Shown here piece after piece: positions 1 to 10,376 of a DNA stretch of 64,000 bases; position 1 is the stretch's first letter, and the number at the start of each line of letters is the position of its first letter. The notes under the pieces were generated by a model. That model did no database searches, had not been told where the DNA came from, and saw only the letters and a program-made list of their open reading frames with translations. The DNA lies in the NCBI GenBank assembly GCA_029012125.1, contig JAQXLM010000147.1, forward strand, positions 2,014 through 66,013, read 5' to 3'. The position numbers and the translations under genes are program-made. Source of the stretch: Eubacteriaceae bacterium. Its GTDB lineage: Bacteria > Bacillota > Clostridia > Peptostreptococcales > Anaerovoracaceae.

Positions 1-1229
1 TGTTCAGTAAGTTTAATCAGATAATCGCCAAGAGCACTCTCACTCTTATCCAGAAAGTCTTCATTTTCATTTACTTTAGTAACCTTATCTTCACTATATT
101 CGTTTATACAGCAATCTATGGCCAGTCTGTAATTTTCCATAGCTGTCTGTGCAACGGTTGTCATAACCTTCTGACACTGACCTAATGCAATACCCGGAGA
201 ACTGATAAATATAGGATCAAGCAATGCAAGTTCTTCTTCTATCTTATTTGTGCCTTTATCCCTTACTATTTTTTCTGAGATCTTAATCAGGAAGCTGACA
301 AGTGGAAGCATAAAGATACAGGTTCCAAGATTGAATAATGTGTGGAAGTCAGCTATATTACCACGATTTACCGGTTTATCCCAGAAGCTGAACCCTATAG
401 CAGCCTGATATCCATATATTATTACCAGGAATATTATTGCACCGAATAATGCCATGCAAACATCTATGCATACTGCTCTCTTTGAGTTCTTATTTGTTCC
501 TATGCTGGCAAGTAGAACTGTTACGCATTTTCCGATATTCTGCCCTATAACAATCGGTGCCGCCATGGAGAATGTAATTCCTCCGGTTGTACTCATAGCC
601 TGAAGTACACCTACAGATGCTGAGGAGCTCTGTAGAAGTATGGTAACAGCCATTCCTGCAAGAATGCCCAATGCAGGATTAGTAAGAACAAGGAAGATGT
701 TCATAAACTCAGGTGAATTGGCAAGAGGTTTAAAACTGGATTCCATCATGTTCATTCCGATAAACAGAATACCGAGACCTACTGCTATTCCCGCCTTATC
801 CTTAGTCTTATTCTTCTTAGCCATCAGTATTACAAATGCTCCAATAACCACACATATAGGGGCAAAGGATACCGGCTTAAGCATCTGCATTACTATATTA
901 TCATTATTTATATCACCTAATCTTAAGATTTGAGCAGTAACGGTAGTACCGATATTTGCTCCCATAATAACAGGAACAGCCTGCACCAGTCTCATGATTC
1001 CTGCATTTAGGAAACCGATTACCATGATTATTGTTGCAGAAGAGCTTTGGATTACTGCGGTAACTCCTGCACCAAGCAGAACACCCTTCGCGCGATTGCT
1101 TGTAAGACGCTCCAAAGTTTTTTCCATTTTAGCGCCTGCAAAACGCTCAAGTGACTGGCCCATCAGTTTCATTCCGTACAGGAACAGACCGATTCCGCCT
1201 AACATACTCAAAATAGATTCTAAACTCAA
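1..1229 (-). CDS. Na+/Pi cotransporter family protein, 3' end runs off the window
   Basis: Not in ORF track. My minus-strand translation reads LSLESILSMLGGIGLFLYGMKLMGQSLERFAG...VIQSSSATIIMVIGF...IMGANIGTTVTAQI, with a second LQSSSASVG...GQNIG repeat. Start is TTG 1229 (GAGGA RBS) or ATG 1238. Confidence 0.9.
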   Translation of the reverse strand, partial: MSLESILSMLGGIGLFLYGMKLMGQSLERFAGAKMEKTLERLTSNRAKGVLLGAGVTAVIQSSSATIIMVIGFLNAGIMRLVQAVPVIMGANIGTTVTAQILRLGDINNDNIVMQMLKPVSFAPICVVIGAFVILMAKKNKTKDKAGIAVGLGILFIGMNMMESSFKPLANSPEFMNIFLVLTNPALGILAGMAVTILLQSSSASVGVLQAMSTTGGITFSMAAPIVIGQNIGKCVTVLLASIGTNKNSKRAVCIDVCMALFGAIIFLVIIYGYQAAIGFSFWDKPVNRGNIADFHTLFNLGTCIFMLPLVSFLIKISEKIVRDKGTNKIEEELALLDPIFISSPGIALGQCQKVMTTVAQTAMENYRLAIDCCINEYSEDKVTKVNENEDFLDKSESALGDYLIKLTE

Positions 1230-1272
1230 TTTTCTCATCCTCGCTGTATTTCAAATTGATATAACAAGGCTA

Positions 1273-2367
1273 TTATACAATATCTCTGATTGTCTTTTCA
1301 ACCAGTTTGTCGACGATTTCAAAATTCATATTCGGAACATATTTTTTTTCAACTATATCGTGCTTTTCTTTTGCATGAGCCAGGGCTTCAATTCCTTCAT
1401 TCAACAAGTATTCATATATTGCTGAATTCTTATCTATTGTCTCTTTTCTTTTCTCAAAATAATGAGAATTCCTGTAATCACATAAATCTATCAGTCTGAT
1501 ATCTGATGCAGCAAGTTCCCATGGCTCCAGATCGTGCCATTTGTTTGTAGTAACAAAAGCTAAAGAAAGTTCAGGAACAATAATATGCTCTATTTTATTG
1601 TCCGGATCCATAGGACAGTAAAAGCATTCTATATCAAAACCTCTATATATAGCCCCTTCCATGATAATGCTCATAAAACTGCTGTTGCTGTATCCCTCAG
1701 GTACATTGATGAGGTAAACCTTTTCTATAGATTCCAGAAGGGATTTTATATAGGAAATCGTACCGACAGGTGTTATGGCTGTAGCAAAGAATTTCTTTAC
1801 GCGGCCGGATTTATAAGAGATATCGTAATCCCTGTAATCTCTATCGATTATTCCCGAAGCAATCTTATATATTTCAGAAATTTCCATTCCTTCATTGTTT
1901 ATTTCTGATAAGGTATCATATATGCATTTTGCCGCTGAAAGATAGTTATATGCAATAGAATACCAGTTGCTGCACTCCTCATTTTCACGTATTATTTCGT
2001 CTTTTTGGTGTGCAAATCCTTCCTCATTCCAGTAATCTCCAAAATTTATAATTGAATCTACTGCGCCGGGAGTAACCGGATCGATGACATGTGGGCTGGT
2101 GCCGTCGATAAAAGCTATTTTTTCCTCCTTGACGATAATTCCATCAAGGGATTCCGGTGCTGCAGAGCAATGGAGATAATCGATGCTAAAGCCTTTTTCG
2201 GCCAGTCGATCACCTATAGACTTCATAAAACATGATTTTCCTGTACCGGGACCTCCTTTTATACAAATAATCTTATTTGCTTCTCTCTGACTTAAAATGT
2301 ACTTGTAATATGAAAAAAAACCTCTAGGAGTATTATTTCCCGGAAAATAGTGACGTGTAATGGACAC
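1273..2367 (-). CDS. PRK06851-like P-loop ATPase of unknown function
   Basis: YFPGNNTPRGFFSYY N-terminus, Walker A GGPGTGKS, DGTSPH motif and a degenerate second half. GTG start at 2367 after AGGAGGTG. Confidence 0.75.
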   Translation of the reverse strand: MSITRHYFPGNNTPRGFFSYYKYILSQREANKIICIKGGPGTGKSCFMKSIGDRLAEKGFSIDYLHCSAAPESLDGIIVKEEKIAFIDGTSPHVIDPVTPGAVDSIINFGDYWNEEGFAHQKDEIIRENEECSNWYSIAYNYLSAAKCIYDTLSEINNEGMEISEIYKIASGIIDRDYRDYDISYKSGRVKKFFATAITPVGTISYIKSLLESIEKVYLINVPEGYSNSSFMSIIMEGAIYRGFDIECFYCPMDPDNKIEHIIVPELSLAFVTTNKWHDLEPWELAASDIRLIDLCDYRNSHYFEKRKETIDKNSAIYEYLLNEGIEALAHAKEKHDIVEKKYVPNMNFEIVDKLVEKTIRDIV

Positions 2368-2390
2368 TCTTATCACCTCCTTACATTTTT

Positions 2391-2419
2391 TATTGTATGA
2401 AAAATACGGAGGCTGGTGC
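2391..2419 (-). promoter_or_regulatory. Putative sigma-K-type sporulation promoter
   Basis: Minus strand GCAC-N16-CATACAATA fits the AC-N16/17-CATAnnnTA consensus and lies just upstream of the RBS. Confidence 0.55.
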
Positions 2420-2432
2420 CTGTTAATGAATC

Positions 2433-2458
2433 AAAAAAACCCGGTACAGGTCCGGGTT
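2433..2458 (-). terminator. Intrinsic terminator after the DUF975 gene
   Basis: AACCCGG-acctgta-CCGGGTT followed by a T run on the minus strand. Confidence 0.75.
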
Positions 2459-2473
2459 AAGGATATTAAGGTT

Positions 2474-3256
2474 TTAGTCCCAAATTGGATCATTCTTTGG
2501 TTCAGCAATAAGTACGCCTGATGCAAGATCATAAAATGCTGTCATAGATGTCTGTATATATGCGGCAACCACCAAGCTTGGCAGTGAAGTGAAGAACTGA
2601 AGTACAGCATAGGCTACCCCATTCTCTTCAAAATTAACAAAGGAAGAAAAGACTAATGTTATTCCACTTGATATTAAGAATGCAACCGCAAGTGCTACAA
2701 GCAGCCATCCAATGAAGGAAACTCCCAAAGTGAATAGCTTCATTTTATTTCCAATCATCATTTCCTTAGATTCTTTTATACACTGCATAACGCCTTTGCT
2801 TGGATCATCAGCCAGAATGTAAAAGGCCTGACTATATCTGAAGGCAGCGATTATTCCCGGAATGACCAGCAGTAATGACCAAAGCGCAATAAACAATGAC
2901 ATCACGAGGAATAATCCAAGGGTCTTAAGAAAATACTCAAACCCTGAAAAAATATATCCCAGATTAATCTCATTTCTTCTGAAGAAGGCCAGCATAAATG
3001 CACAAAGACCAACCTGAAATGCACCTGTCAGCACGACACTATATATTCCTGAAATACCCCCAACTGTAATGGTTACATCCATAGCTTCATTATAAACAGA
3101 ATTTGGAGGGAAAAATCCATCAAGAGCAAGAGGTACCGTCGATGACAACACATAGAACAGTAGACATCCAAGGAATACCATCACCCAATTACCCTTCAGC
3201 TTTATTCTTGACATTGCTCTGATTTCTGAAGCTGTTTCTCTAACAATATTGTTCAT
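2474..3256 (-). CDS. DUF975 family integral membrane protein
   Basis: Multi-TM protein with LWSLLLVIPGIIAAFRYSQAFYIL and ESKEMMIGNKMKLF motifs. Confidence 0.8.
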   Translation of the reverse strand: MNNIVRETASEIRAMSRIKLKGNWVMVFLGCLLFYVLSSTVPLALDGFFPPNSVYNEAMDVTITVGGISGIYSVVLTGAFQVGLCAFMLAFFRRNEINLGYIFSGFEYFLKTLGLFLVMSLFIALWSLLLVIPGIIAAFRYSQAFYILADDPSKGVMQCIKESKEMMIGNKMKLFTLGVSFIGWLLVALAVAFLISSGITLVFSSFVNFEENGVAYAVLQFFTSLPSLVVAAYIQTSMTAFYDLASGVLIAEPKNDPIWD

Positions 3257-3332
3257 AAAATATCTCCTTCTTTAAAATACAGTATAGTTATTATATAATA
3301 AATGTATATACAATTCAACAAGGGAGAAAAAA

Positions 3333-3962
3333 ATGTCAAAAGCACTTATCATTACAACATATGTACATCGACTGGATCAGATAAAGATAGACTACAATAT
3401 CTTTGATGCAGTAATATGCGCCGATGCAGGGCTTGTAATTGCCGAGAAGTTAGGAATAAAGCCTGACTACCTTATCGGCGACTACGACTCTACGGCTAAG
3501 CCTTACACTGAGGATGTAATTGTTCTTCCTATGGAAAAGGATATTACTGATTCTGAAGCAGCCATCGATCTTGCCAAAGCCAAAGGATTTGATGACATTA
3601 CTGTTCTGGGAGGACTGGGTGGTCGTTTTGATCATACAATGGGAAACCTCGGAATGCTGGCAAAGCATACATCCCCTGAGTTTAAGATTCGGATAATCGA
3701 TGGTCAGAACCTTGTATTTATTATGCCTCCCGGTCATATTGAAATCCCAAAGAATTCATACAAATATCTTGGGCTCATAAGCTATGGAACACATGTAACA
3801 GGACTTACAGTAATTGGAGTGAAATACCCTCTTGATAACTTTGATCTGCCAAATGATACCTCCCTTGGAGTAAGCAATGAAATAATTAGAGATACAGCAA
3901 CCATAAAACATGAATCGGGTATGCTGCTGGTGATTCTTTCCAATGATTTGCCAAAACAATGA
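3333..3962 (+). CDS. thiN: Thiamine pyrophosphokinase
   Basis: ADAG, IGDYDS, EKDITD, GGRFDH and GVSNE motifs. Confidence 0.92.
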   Translation: MSKALIITTYVHRLDQIKIDYNIFDAVICADAGLVIAEKLGIKPDYLIGDYDSTAKPYTEDVIVLPMEKDITDSEAAIDLAKAKGFDDITVLGGLGGRFDHTMGNLGMLAKHTSPEFKIRIIDGQNLVFIMPPGHIEIPKNSYKYLGLISYGTHVTGLTVIGVKYPLDNFDLPNDTSLGVSNEIIRDTATIKHESGMLLVILSNDLPKQ

Positions 3963-3970
3963 TAATAGTA

Positions 3971-4007
3971 TTGATTTAAAGCAGTTAAAATGTTAAAATT
4001 ATAACGA
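3971..4007 (+). promoter_or_regulatory. sigma-A promoter of crt overlapped by a Rex-like box
   Basis: TTGATT-N17-TAAAAT with extended TG. ATGTTAA-AATT-ATAACGA at 3990-4007 has 3 mismatches to TTGTTAA-N4-TTAACAA. Confidence 0.5.
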
Positions 4008-4047
4008 TGATAATTCGGCTATGCCGTAAAAAAAGGAGATATGTAAG

Positions 4048-4824
4048 ATGTACGAGAACATTAAATTTGAAGTAAATGAAGGTATTGGAACAGTCACAAT
4101 TAACAGACCTAAAGCAATGAACGCTCTAAATATGGATGTGTTGACTGAATTATATGATGTATTCACAAAGATTGAATCAGACGATGAGGTTAAAGCAGTT
4201 ATCCTTACAGGTGAAGGAAAAGCGTTCGTAGCCGGTGCTGACATTGCTCAGATGCATAAACTTAATCCTATTGGCGGACGTCAGATGATGATGCTGGGAC
4301 ACAAAGTTATGAATCTTATCGAGAATATTGAGAAGCCTGTAATCGCTGCAGTTAATGGTTTTGCTCTTGGTGGCGGATGCGAACTGGCAATGGCTTGCGA
4401 TATCAGAATCGCATCAGAAAAAGCTAAATTCGGTCAGCCTGAAGTCGGTCTTGGAATCATTCCGGGATTCGGTGGTACTCAGAGACTTGCAAGACTTGTA
4501 GGAAAAGGAATGGCTAAGTACTTAATCATGACAGCAGAGATGATTGGAGCTGACGAAGCTTACAGAATCGGTCTTTGTGAAAAGGTTGCAGCTCCTGAAG
4601 AATTGCTTTCTGTAGCTGAAAAGGTTGCCAGAACAATCGCTTCCAAGGCACCTATTGCTATTGCAACTGCTAAGACTGCAATTAACAACGGATTCGATAT
4701 GGATATGAAATCAGCAAGCAAATTTGAAATTGAAACATTCACAGCTGCTTTCAGTTCAGAAGATAAGACAGAGGGAATGGGAGCGTTCCTTGAAAAGAGA
4801 GCTCCTGAGTTCAAGAACAGATAA
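4048..4824 (+). CDS. crt: Short-chain enoyl-CoA hydratase (crotonase)
   Basis: AFVAGADI, GFALGGGCELAMACD and FGQPEVGLGIIPGFGGTQRL motifs. Confidence 0.9.
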   Translation: MYENIKFEVNEGIGTVTINRPKAMNALNMDVLTELYDVFTKIESDDEVKAVILTGEGKAFVAGADIAQMHKLNPIGGRQMMMLGHKVMNLIENIEKPVIAAVNGFALGGGCELAMACDIRIASEKAKFGQPEVGLGIIPGFGGTQRLARLVGKGMAKYLIMTAEMIGADEAYRIGLCEKVAAPEELLSVAEKVARTIASKAPIAIATAKTAINNGFDMDMKSASKFEIETFTAAFSSEDKTEGMGAFLEKRAPEFKNR

Positions 4825-4839
4825 AATCAAATCAAAAAT

Positions 4840-4877
4840 AGAGAGACAGGTGGTAATATTCACCCGTCTCTTTTTTT
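4840..4877 (+). terminator. Intrinsic terminator after crt
   Basis: GAGACaGGTG...CACCcGTCTC followed by T7. Confidence 0.75.
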
Positions 4878-4881
4878 GTTG

Positions 4882-4911
4882 AAAAAAGGCTCTGCAAAAT
4901 TGCAGAGCCTT
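4882..4911 (-). terminator. Intrinsic terminator after hppA
   Basis: AAGGCTCTGCAA/TTGCAGAGCCTT stem with a T tail on the minus strand. Confidence 0.8.
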
Positions 4912-4932
4912 AATATGTGCTTGTCTATCTGA

Positions 4933-6945
4933 TTAGCCTAAAAGACCTGATCCAAACATTGGAGCAAATACTACTGCTACGATAGTCATCAGCTTAATTA
5001 AGATGTTGATTGAAGGACCGGAAGTATCCTTGAATGGGTCACCTACTGTATCTCCAACAACTGCAGCCTTATGAGATTCTGATCCCTTTCCGCCATAGTT
5101 TCCTTCTTCGATGTACTTCTTAGCATTATCCCATGCACCACCTGCATTAGCCATCATGATAGCAAGTAATACACCTGCTGATAATGCACCACCAAGCATA
5201 CCTGCAAGAGCTTCAGCACCAAGGATGAAACCTACTGCAAGAGGTGCGATGATAGCCATTAAACCAGGGATTACCATTTCCTTAAGAGCAGCACCTGTTG
5301 AAATATCTACGCAGTTAGCATAGTCAGGCTTAGCTGTTCCTTCCATGATACCAGGAGTTTCTCTAAACTGTCTTCTAACTTCTTCAATCATCTGATTTGC
5401 AGCTTTACCTACGGAGTTCATAGTCATAGCTGAGAACAGGAATGGAAGCATAGCTCCGATAAACAGACCGATGATTACGATCGGTTCTAATAAGCTTGCC
5501 TTTTCAATCTGTGCAACCTTTGCATATGATACGAATAAAGCAAGTGCTGTTAATGCTGCAGAACCGATAGCGAAACCTTTACCGATAGCAGCTGTTGTAT
5601 TACCAACTGAGTCAAGCTTGTCAGTGATTTCTCTAACTTCATGTGGAAGTTCAGACATCTCTGCAATACCACCGGCATTGTCAGATACAGGACCATAAGC
5701 GTCAACTGCAACTGTCATACCGCCTGTTGAAAGCATACCTACTGCAGCAAGAGCAATACCATATACGCCTGCAAATGCGTAAGCAACAAAGATTCCAACA
5801 GAGATGCAGATGATTGGCCATAATGTTGACATCATACCAACACCAAGTCCACTGATGATTGTTGTAGCTGCACCTGTCTGTGACTGGTCAGCAATCTTTT
5901 TAACTGATTTATAATCAGCAGAAGTATAGATTTCTGTGATTTTTCCGATCAGGATACCTACAATCAGACCTGCGATAATTGCACATGCATAAGTGTAGTC
6001 ACCTAACATTGCCTTACTTAATACAAGGGAGCAAACTACTACGATTGCACCACTGATGTATGTTCCCATGTTTAATGCAGCAGCCGGATTAGTGTTGTCG
6101 TTTCCTCTTACCATTAAGATACCGATAACGGAAGCGATAATACCGATAGCTGAAAGGATTAGTGGGAATAATGCAGCAGTTCCTTCTGTAAATGTTGCTG
6201 TTTCTGGAGCGTTAGCAACAGCTACAGCTGATAGAGTAATTGCTGAAATAATTGAACCAACATATGATTCGAATAAGTCGGAACCCATACCTGCAACGTC
6301 ACCTACGTTGTCGCCTACGTTGTCAGCGATAACAGCAGGGTTTCTTGGGTCATCTTCAGGAATTCCTGCTTCAACCTTACCTACCAGGTCAGCGCCAACG
6401 TCTGCAGCCTTAGTGTAGATACCACCACCTACTCTTCCGAAAAGAGCCATTGATGATGCACCTAGACCAAATCCTGTAATGCATTCAGTTACTGTTGCAA
6501 GATCTAATACTGCGAAAACAACTCCAAGTCCCAAAAGACCTAAGCCTGTAACGCAAAGACCCATTACCGCACCTGATCTGAACGCGATTTTTAACGCCTT
6601 AGGCATGCCAGATTCTTTAGCTGCCCATGCAGTTCTTACATTACCCTTAGTTGCTACGTTCATACCAAAGAAACCGGCAAGAACTGATAACAGAGCACCG
6701 ATTACATACAGAATTGCTGTAGTCCAGCTCTTAAGTCCCAGTCCGATTAATAAGAATAGTACAACGATTACAATAACCATTGTCTTGTATTCTCTCTTAA
6801 GGAAAGCCATAGCACCTTCTCTAATGAAGCCTGCAATTTCTTTCATTCTGTCTGTTCCTTCGTCAGCCTTGCTAATCCAGGATGTTAAGCAAAATGCTAC
6901 AAGCAAACCGATAGCAGCTGCGATAGGAGCAATCCAATTAAGCAT
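4933..6945 (-). CDS. hppA: K+-dependent (probably Na+-translocating) membrane pyrophosphatase
   Basis: [20 protein letters not shown] and [10 protein letters not shown] motifs. GNTTAA (Ala) marks the K+-dependent class. ATG 6945 after GGAGGT. Confidence 0.95.
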   Translation of the reverse strand: MLNWIAPIAAAIGLLVAFCLTSWISKADEGTDRMKEIAGFIREGAMAFLKREYKTMVIVIVVLFLLIGLGLKSWTTAILYVIGALLSVLAGFFGMNVATKGNVRTAWAAKESGMPKALKIAFRSGAVMGLCVTGLGLLGLGVVFAVLDLATVTECITGFGLGASSMALFGRVGGGIYTKAADVGADLVGKVEAGIPEDDPRNPAVIADNVGDNVGDVAGMGSDLFESYVGSIISAITLSAVAVANAPETATFTEGTAALFPLILSAIGIIASVIGILMVRGNDNTNPAAALNMGTYISGAIVVVCSLVLSKAMLGDYTYACAIIAGLIVGILIGKITEIYTSADYKSVKKIADQSQTGAATTIISGLGVGMMSTLWPIICISVGIFVAYAFAGVYGIALAAVGMLSTGGMTVAVDAYGPVSDNAGGIAEMSELPHEVREITDKLDSVGNTTAAIGKGFAIGSAALTALALFVSYAKVAQIEKASLLEPIVIIGLFIGAMLPFLFSAMTMNSVGKAANQMIEEVRRQFRETPGIMEGTAKPDYANCVDISTGAALKEMVIPGLMAIIAPLAVGFILGAEALAGMLGGALSAGVLLAIMMANAGGAWDNAKKYIEEGNYGGKGSESHKAAVVGDTVGDPFKDTSGPSINILIKLMTIVAVVFAPMFGSGLLG

Positions 6946-6994
6946 AATAGAATACCTCCAATTTAAATTAAATTTTAAATAATTAACTAACTTA

Positions 6995-7228
6995 TTAATA
7001 CAATGCAACAATTACAAGTGAAAGAACAATGAATGCAACTGCTGATACAGTTGTAATCTTTCCAAGGATAGCATCATACCCTCTGCTCTTTTTCTTGCCG
7101 AATAACTGTTCTGCACCACCTGCTATTGATCCGGATAAACCATCACTGTTGCTTGACTGTAACAGAACGCTGGCAATTATAACAATACTTGCGATTGCTA
7201 ACAAAACCATTAAAAAGGTTTTCATCAT
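6995..7228 (-). CDS. secG: Preprotein translocase subunit SecG
   Basis: [27 protein letters not shown] between two TM helices. AAGGAGG RBS. Confidence 0.92.
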   Translation of the reverse strand: MMKTFLMVLLAIASIVIIASVLLQSSNSDGLSGSIAGGAEQLFGKKKSRGYDAILGKITTVSAVAFIVLSLVIVALY

Positions 7229-7307
7229 ATCCCTCCTTAAAAATTCTAACCATATCACTTTATCATAGGAATATTTAAAAATCAAGTGATTTTAGCACTA
7301 TTTGCAG

Positions 7308-8057
7308 TTAAAAATTGATTATTTCTATGAACTTTGAAGGGATAAGACTGGCGCCTCCCACAAGTGCTCCATCTATTTCATCCATATTCATTATTTCTGT
7401 AGCATTTTCCGGTTTTACACTTCCTCCATACTGAATAATAACCTTATCACAAGTGTCCTCATCATAAAGCTTTTCAACAGTATTTCTAATGAGCGCACAC
7501 ATCTCTTCAGCCTGCTCAGGGGTTGCTGTCTTCCCTGTTCCGATTGCCCAGATTGGCTCATATGCAATCACAACCTTTGCTGCTTCTTCATGTGTCAGTC
7601 CGGCAAAATCCGCAGTAAGCTGATTGATTACGATATCTTGCTCTTTTCCTGCCTCTCTCTGTGCAAGATTCTCACCTACACAAAGGATAGGAATGATATC
7701 ACTGTCCCTAAGCAGCTTCTTTAGCTTAAGATTAACAGTCTCGTCTGTTTCTCCAAAGTATTCTCTTCTTTCGGAATGACCGACGATACAATAATCAACA
7801 CCGATTTCTTTCAGCATTGAAACGGATATTTCTCCGGTAAATGCACCTTCCTCTTCGAAATGTACATTCTGTGCACCTACTCCGATATTAGTGTCTCTGA
7901 AAGCTTCAACAAGAGTCTCTAAAGCTGTGAAAGGGGCACAAATGGCTGTTTTCACATCTGTGTCCCCATATAATTTTTTGAATTCATCAGCAAACTCTAA
8001 AGCTTCCATTTTTGTCTTAAACATCTTCCAATTTCCGGCAATAAATGGAATCCTCAT
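7308..8057 (-). CDS. tpiA: Triosephosphate isomerase
   Basis: AGNWKM, HSERR, AYEPIWAIGTG and YGGSV motifs. Confidence 0.98.
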   Translation of the reverse strand: MRIPFIAGNWKMFKTKMEALEFADEFKKLYGDTDVKTAICAPFTALETLVEAFRDTNIGVGAQNVHFEEEGAFTGEISVSMLKEIGVDYCIVGHSERREYFGETDETVNLKLKKLLRDSDIIPILCVGENLAQREAGKEQDIVINQLTADFAGLTHEEAAKVVIAYEPIWAIGTGKTATPEQAEEMCALIRNTVEKLYDEDTCDKVIIQYGGSVKPENATEIMNMDEIDGALVGGASLIPSKFIEIINF

Positions 8058-8081
8058 ATTTACCTCCTACAATAACTCTAT

Positions 8082-9266
8082 TTATTTTTCTTCGATAATA
8101 GCTATACCCGGCAGTTCTTTTCCTTCCAGGAATTCCAGTGATGCTCCACCTCCTGTGGAAATGTGTGACATCTTATCTGCCAGACCGAACTGCTCTGCTG
8201 CTGCCGCTGAGTCTCCACCACCGATAATAGTGACTGCATTACTATCAGCAAGAATTTCAGCAATAGCTTTAGTTCCTACGGCAAAATTAGGCATTTCAAA
8301 GACGCCCATAGGTCCATTCCACACAATTGTCTTCGCACTATCCAATGCTTTTTTATATAGAGCCACTGTCTCAGGTCCGATATCCAGTCCCTGCATATCA
8401 GCGGGTATGCTATCTCTTCTGCAAATCTTTGTTTCAGAGTCATTATCAAATTCCATTGCGCAAACTACATCAACAGGAAGAAGCATTTCTACGCCCAGAG
8501 ATTTTGCTTTTTCTAAGAGCTCCTTAGCAAGCTGAACATTCTCTTCGTCAAGAATGGATTCACCGATTTCATATCCCATGGACTTGAAGAACGTATATGC
8601 CATTCCTCCTCCGATAATTAGAGTATCCACCTTCTGTAAAAGATTTTCGATTACAGGAATTTTGTCGCCTACCTTAGCTCCACCCATAATTGCAACGAAT
8701 GGTCTTTCAGGGTTTTCTACTGCTGAACCTAAGAATTTAACTTCCTTTTCAATAAGAAAGCCTGAAACCGCAGGAAGATAATCTGCTATTCCGGCTGTTG
8801 AGGAGTGAGCTCTGTGTGCGGTACCAAAAGCTTCCTGCACAAAAATCTCTCCCAGTGACGCCAATTCCTTTGCGAACTCTGCTCCATTCTTAGTTTCTTC
8901 AGTTCTGAAACGCACATTTTCAAGAAGCATTACTTCTCCATCCTGAAGAGCCTCTGCAGCTTCTTTTACCTGAGTGTTTACAACCTCCGGGCATGAAATG
9001 AACTTAACCTCTTTGCCCAAAAGCTCAGACAATCTGTCGGCTACCGGTTTCAGTGTGAATTCCATCTTTGCTTCACCTTTAGGTCTGCCAAGATGTGACA
9101 TCAAAACTACCTTTGCCCCGTTTTCAATAAGATATTGAACAGTTGGGAGTGCAGCTCTGATTCTGTTATCATCAGTAATAACACCTTCCTGCATTGGCAC
9201 ATTGAAATCGCATCTTGCCACAATGCGTTTACCTTTTACTTCGATGTCTCTAATTGTTTTTTTCAT
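8082..9266 (-). CDS. pgk: Phosphoglycerate kinase
   Basis: [20 protein letters not shown] and STGGGASLE motifs. Confidence 0.98.
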   Translation of the reverse strand: MKKTIRDIEVKGKRIVARCDFNVPMQEGVITDDNRIRAALPTVQYLIENGAKVVLMSHLGRPKGEAKMEFTLKPVADRLSELLGKEVKFISCPEVVNTQVKEAAEALQDGEVMLLENVRFRTEETKNGAEFAKELASLGEIFVQEAFGTAHRAHSSTAGIADYLPAVSGFLIEKEVKFLGSAVENPERPFVAIMGGAKVGDKIPVIENLLQKVDTLIIGGGMAYTFFKSMGYEIGESILDEENVQLAKELLEKAKSLGVEMLLPVDVVCAMEFDNDSETKICRRDSIPADMQGLDIGPETVALYKKALDSAKTIVWNGPMGVFEMPNFAVGTKAIAEILADSNAVTIIGGGDSAAAAEQFGLADKMSHISTGGGASLEFLEGKELPGIAIIEEK

Positions 9267-9292
9267 GTGTAAAACCTCTCTATAATATTTCT

Positions 9293-10309
9293 TTAATTAT
9301 TATCAATTTTATACATGTGCTTGATTAATTCTAATACTTTGCTTGAATATCCGTACTCGTTATCATAGAAACCTATCAGCTTGAAGAATTTGCTGTCAAG
9401 CTGGATACCTTCTCTGCAGTCAAAAATTGAAGTGCAAGGATCACCGATGAAGTCAGATGAAACAACTTCATCATCTACGTATTCCAAAACACCCTTAAGG
9501 TTAGTTTCTGATGCTTTCTTCATTGCTGCGCAGATTTCTTCATATGAAGTATCCTTCTTCAGTACAACATTCAAATCTATAACTGAAACATCTGATGTAG
9601 GAACTCTGTATGAAATGCCGGTCATCTTTCCAGCCAGGCTTGGAATTACAAGTCCTACAGCCTTTGCTGCTCCTGTTGTAGATGGTATGATGTTACCAAA
9701 CACACTTCTGCCTGTTCTCCAGTCCTTCTGTGAACGTGCGTCAACCACCTTCTGTTTAGCGGTAGCTGCATGGATTGTCGACATCAGACCCTTTTCAATT
9801 CCGAAATTATCTTCCAATACTTTGCACATTGGGGCCAGACAGTTTGTAGTGCATGATGCGTTAGAAACAACATGCATATCCTTTGTGTAGCCGTCTTCAT
9901 TAACACCGAAAACGAAAGTAGGAGTTTCTTTATCCTTTGCAGGTGCAGAAATAATAACCTTCTTTGCGCCGGCTTTAATATGATCCATAGCCTTTTCAGT
10001 TGTAGTATAAGCACCTGTACCCTCAACTATGTATTCAGCTCCACACTCTGACCAAGGAATGTTGATAGCTTCAGATTCGCTGTATACAGGGATTTTCTTT
10101 CCGTCAATAACAATACCCTTCTCATATTTTTCTATCGACTTTGGAAAACGACCGAATGTTGAATCGTATTTCAGCTGATATACCAGATAATCCAGGTCTG
10201 CGTTACGATTGTTAATACCCACAATCTCAATCTCCGGCATGTCCATTGCTGCTCTGATAACCACTCTGCTGATTCGACCAAATCCACTGATGCCCACTTT
10301 AATGCTCAT
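9293..10309 (-). CDS. gap: Type I glyceraldehyde-3-phosphate dehydrogenase (divergent coenzyme site)
   Basis: [12 protein letters not shown] catalytic motif, [12 protein letters not shown] and YDNEYGYS. Real start is ATG 10309 (GGAGG RBS), not 10435. Confidence 0.95.
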   Translation of the reverse strand: MSIKVGISGFGRISRVVIRAAMDMPEIEIVGINNRNADLDYLVYQLKYDSTFGRFPKSIEKYEKGIVIDGKKIPVYSESEAINIPWSECGAEYIVEGTGAYTTTEKAMDHIKAGAKKVIISAPAKDKETPTFVFGVNEDGYTKDMHVVSNASCTTNCLAPMCKVLEDNFGIEKGLMSTIHAATAKQKVVDARSQKDWRTGRSVFGNIIPSTTGAAKAVGLVIPSLAGKMTGISYRVPTSDVSVIDLNVVLKKDTSYEEICAAMKKASETNLKGVLEYVDDEVVSSDFIGDPCTSIFDCREGIQLDSKFFKLIGFYDNEYGYSSKVLELIKHMYKIDNN

Positions 10310-10376
10310 AATAGTTCCTCCATAAAATAAAAAATGTAAGTTGTAGAAAATATATATTAAATTAAATTTAATAACT

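Noticed and set aside
640-1425. Plus-strand ORFs 640-933 and 994-1425
   Set aside because: Antisense shadows of the Na/Pi cotransporter, which the track missed because it runs off the window.
7292-7318. TTAGCACT half-CIRCE upstream of secG
   Set aside because: No GAGTGCTAA partner at 9-bp spacing.
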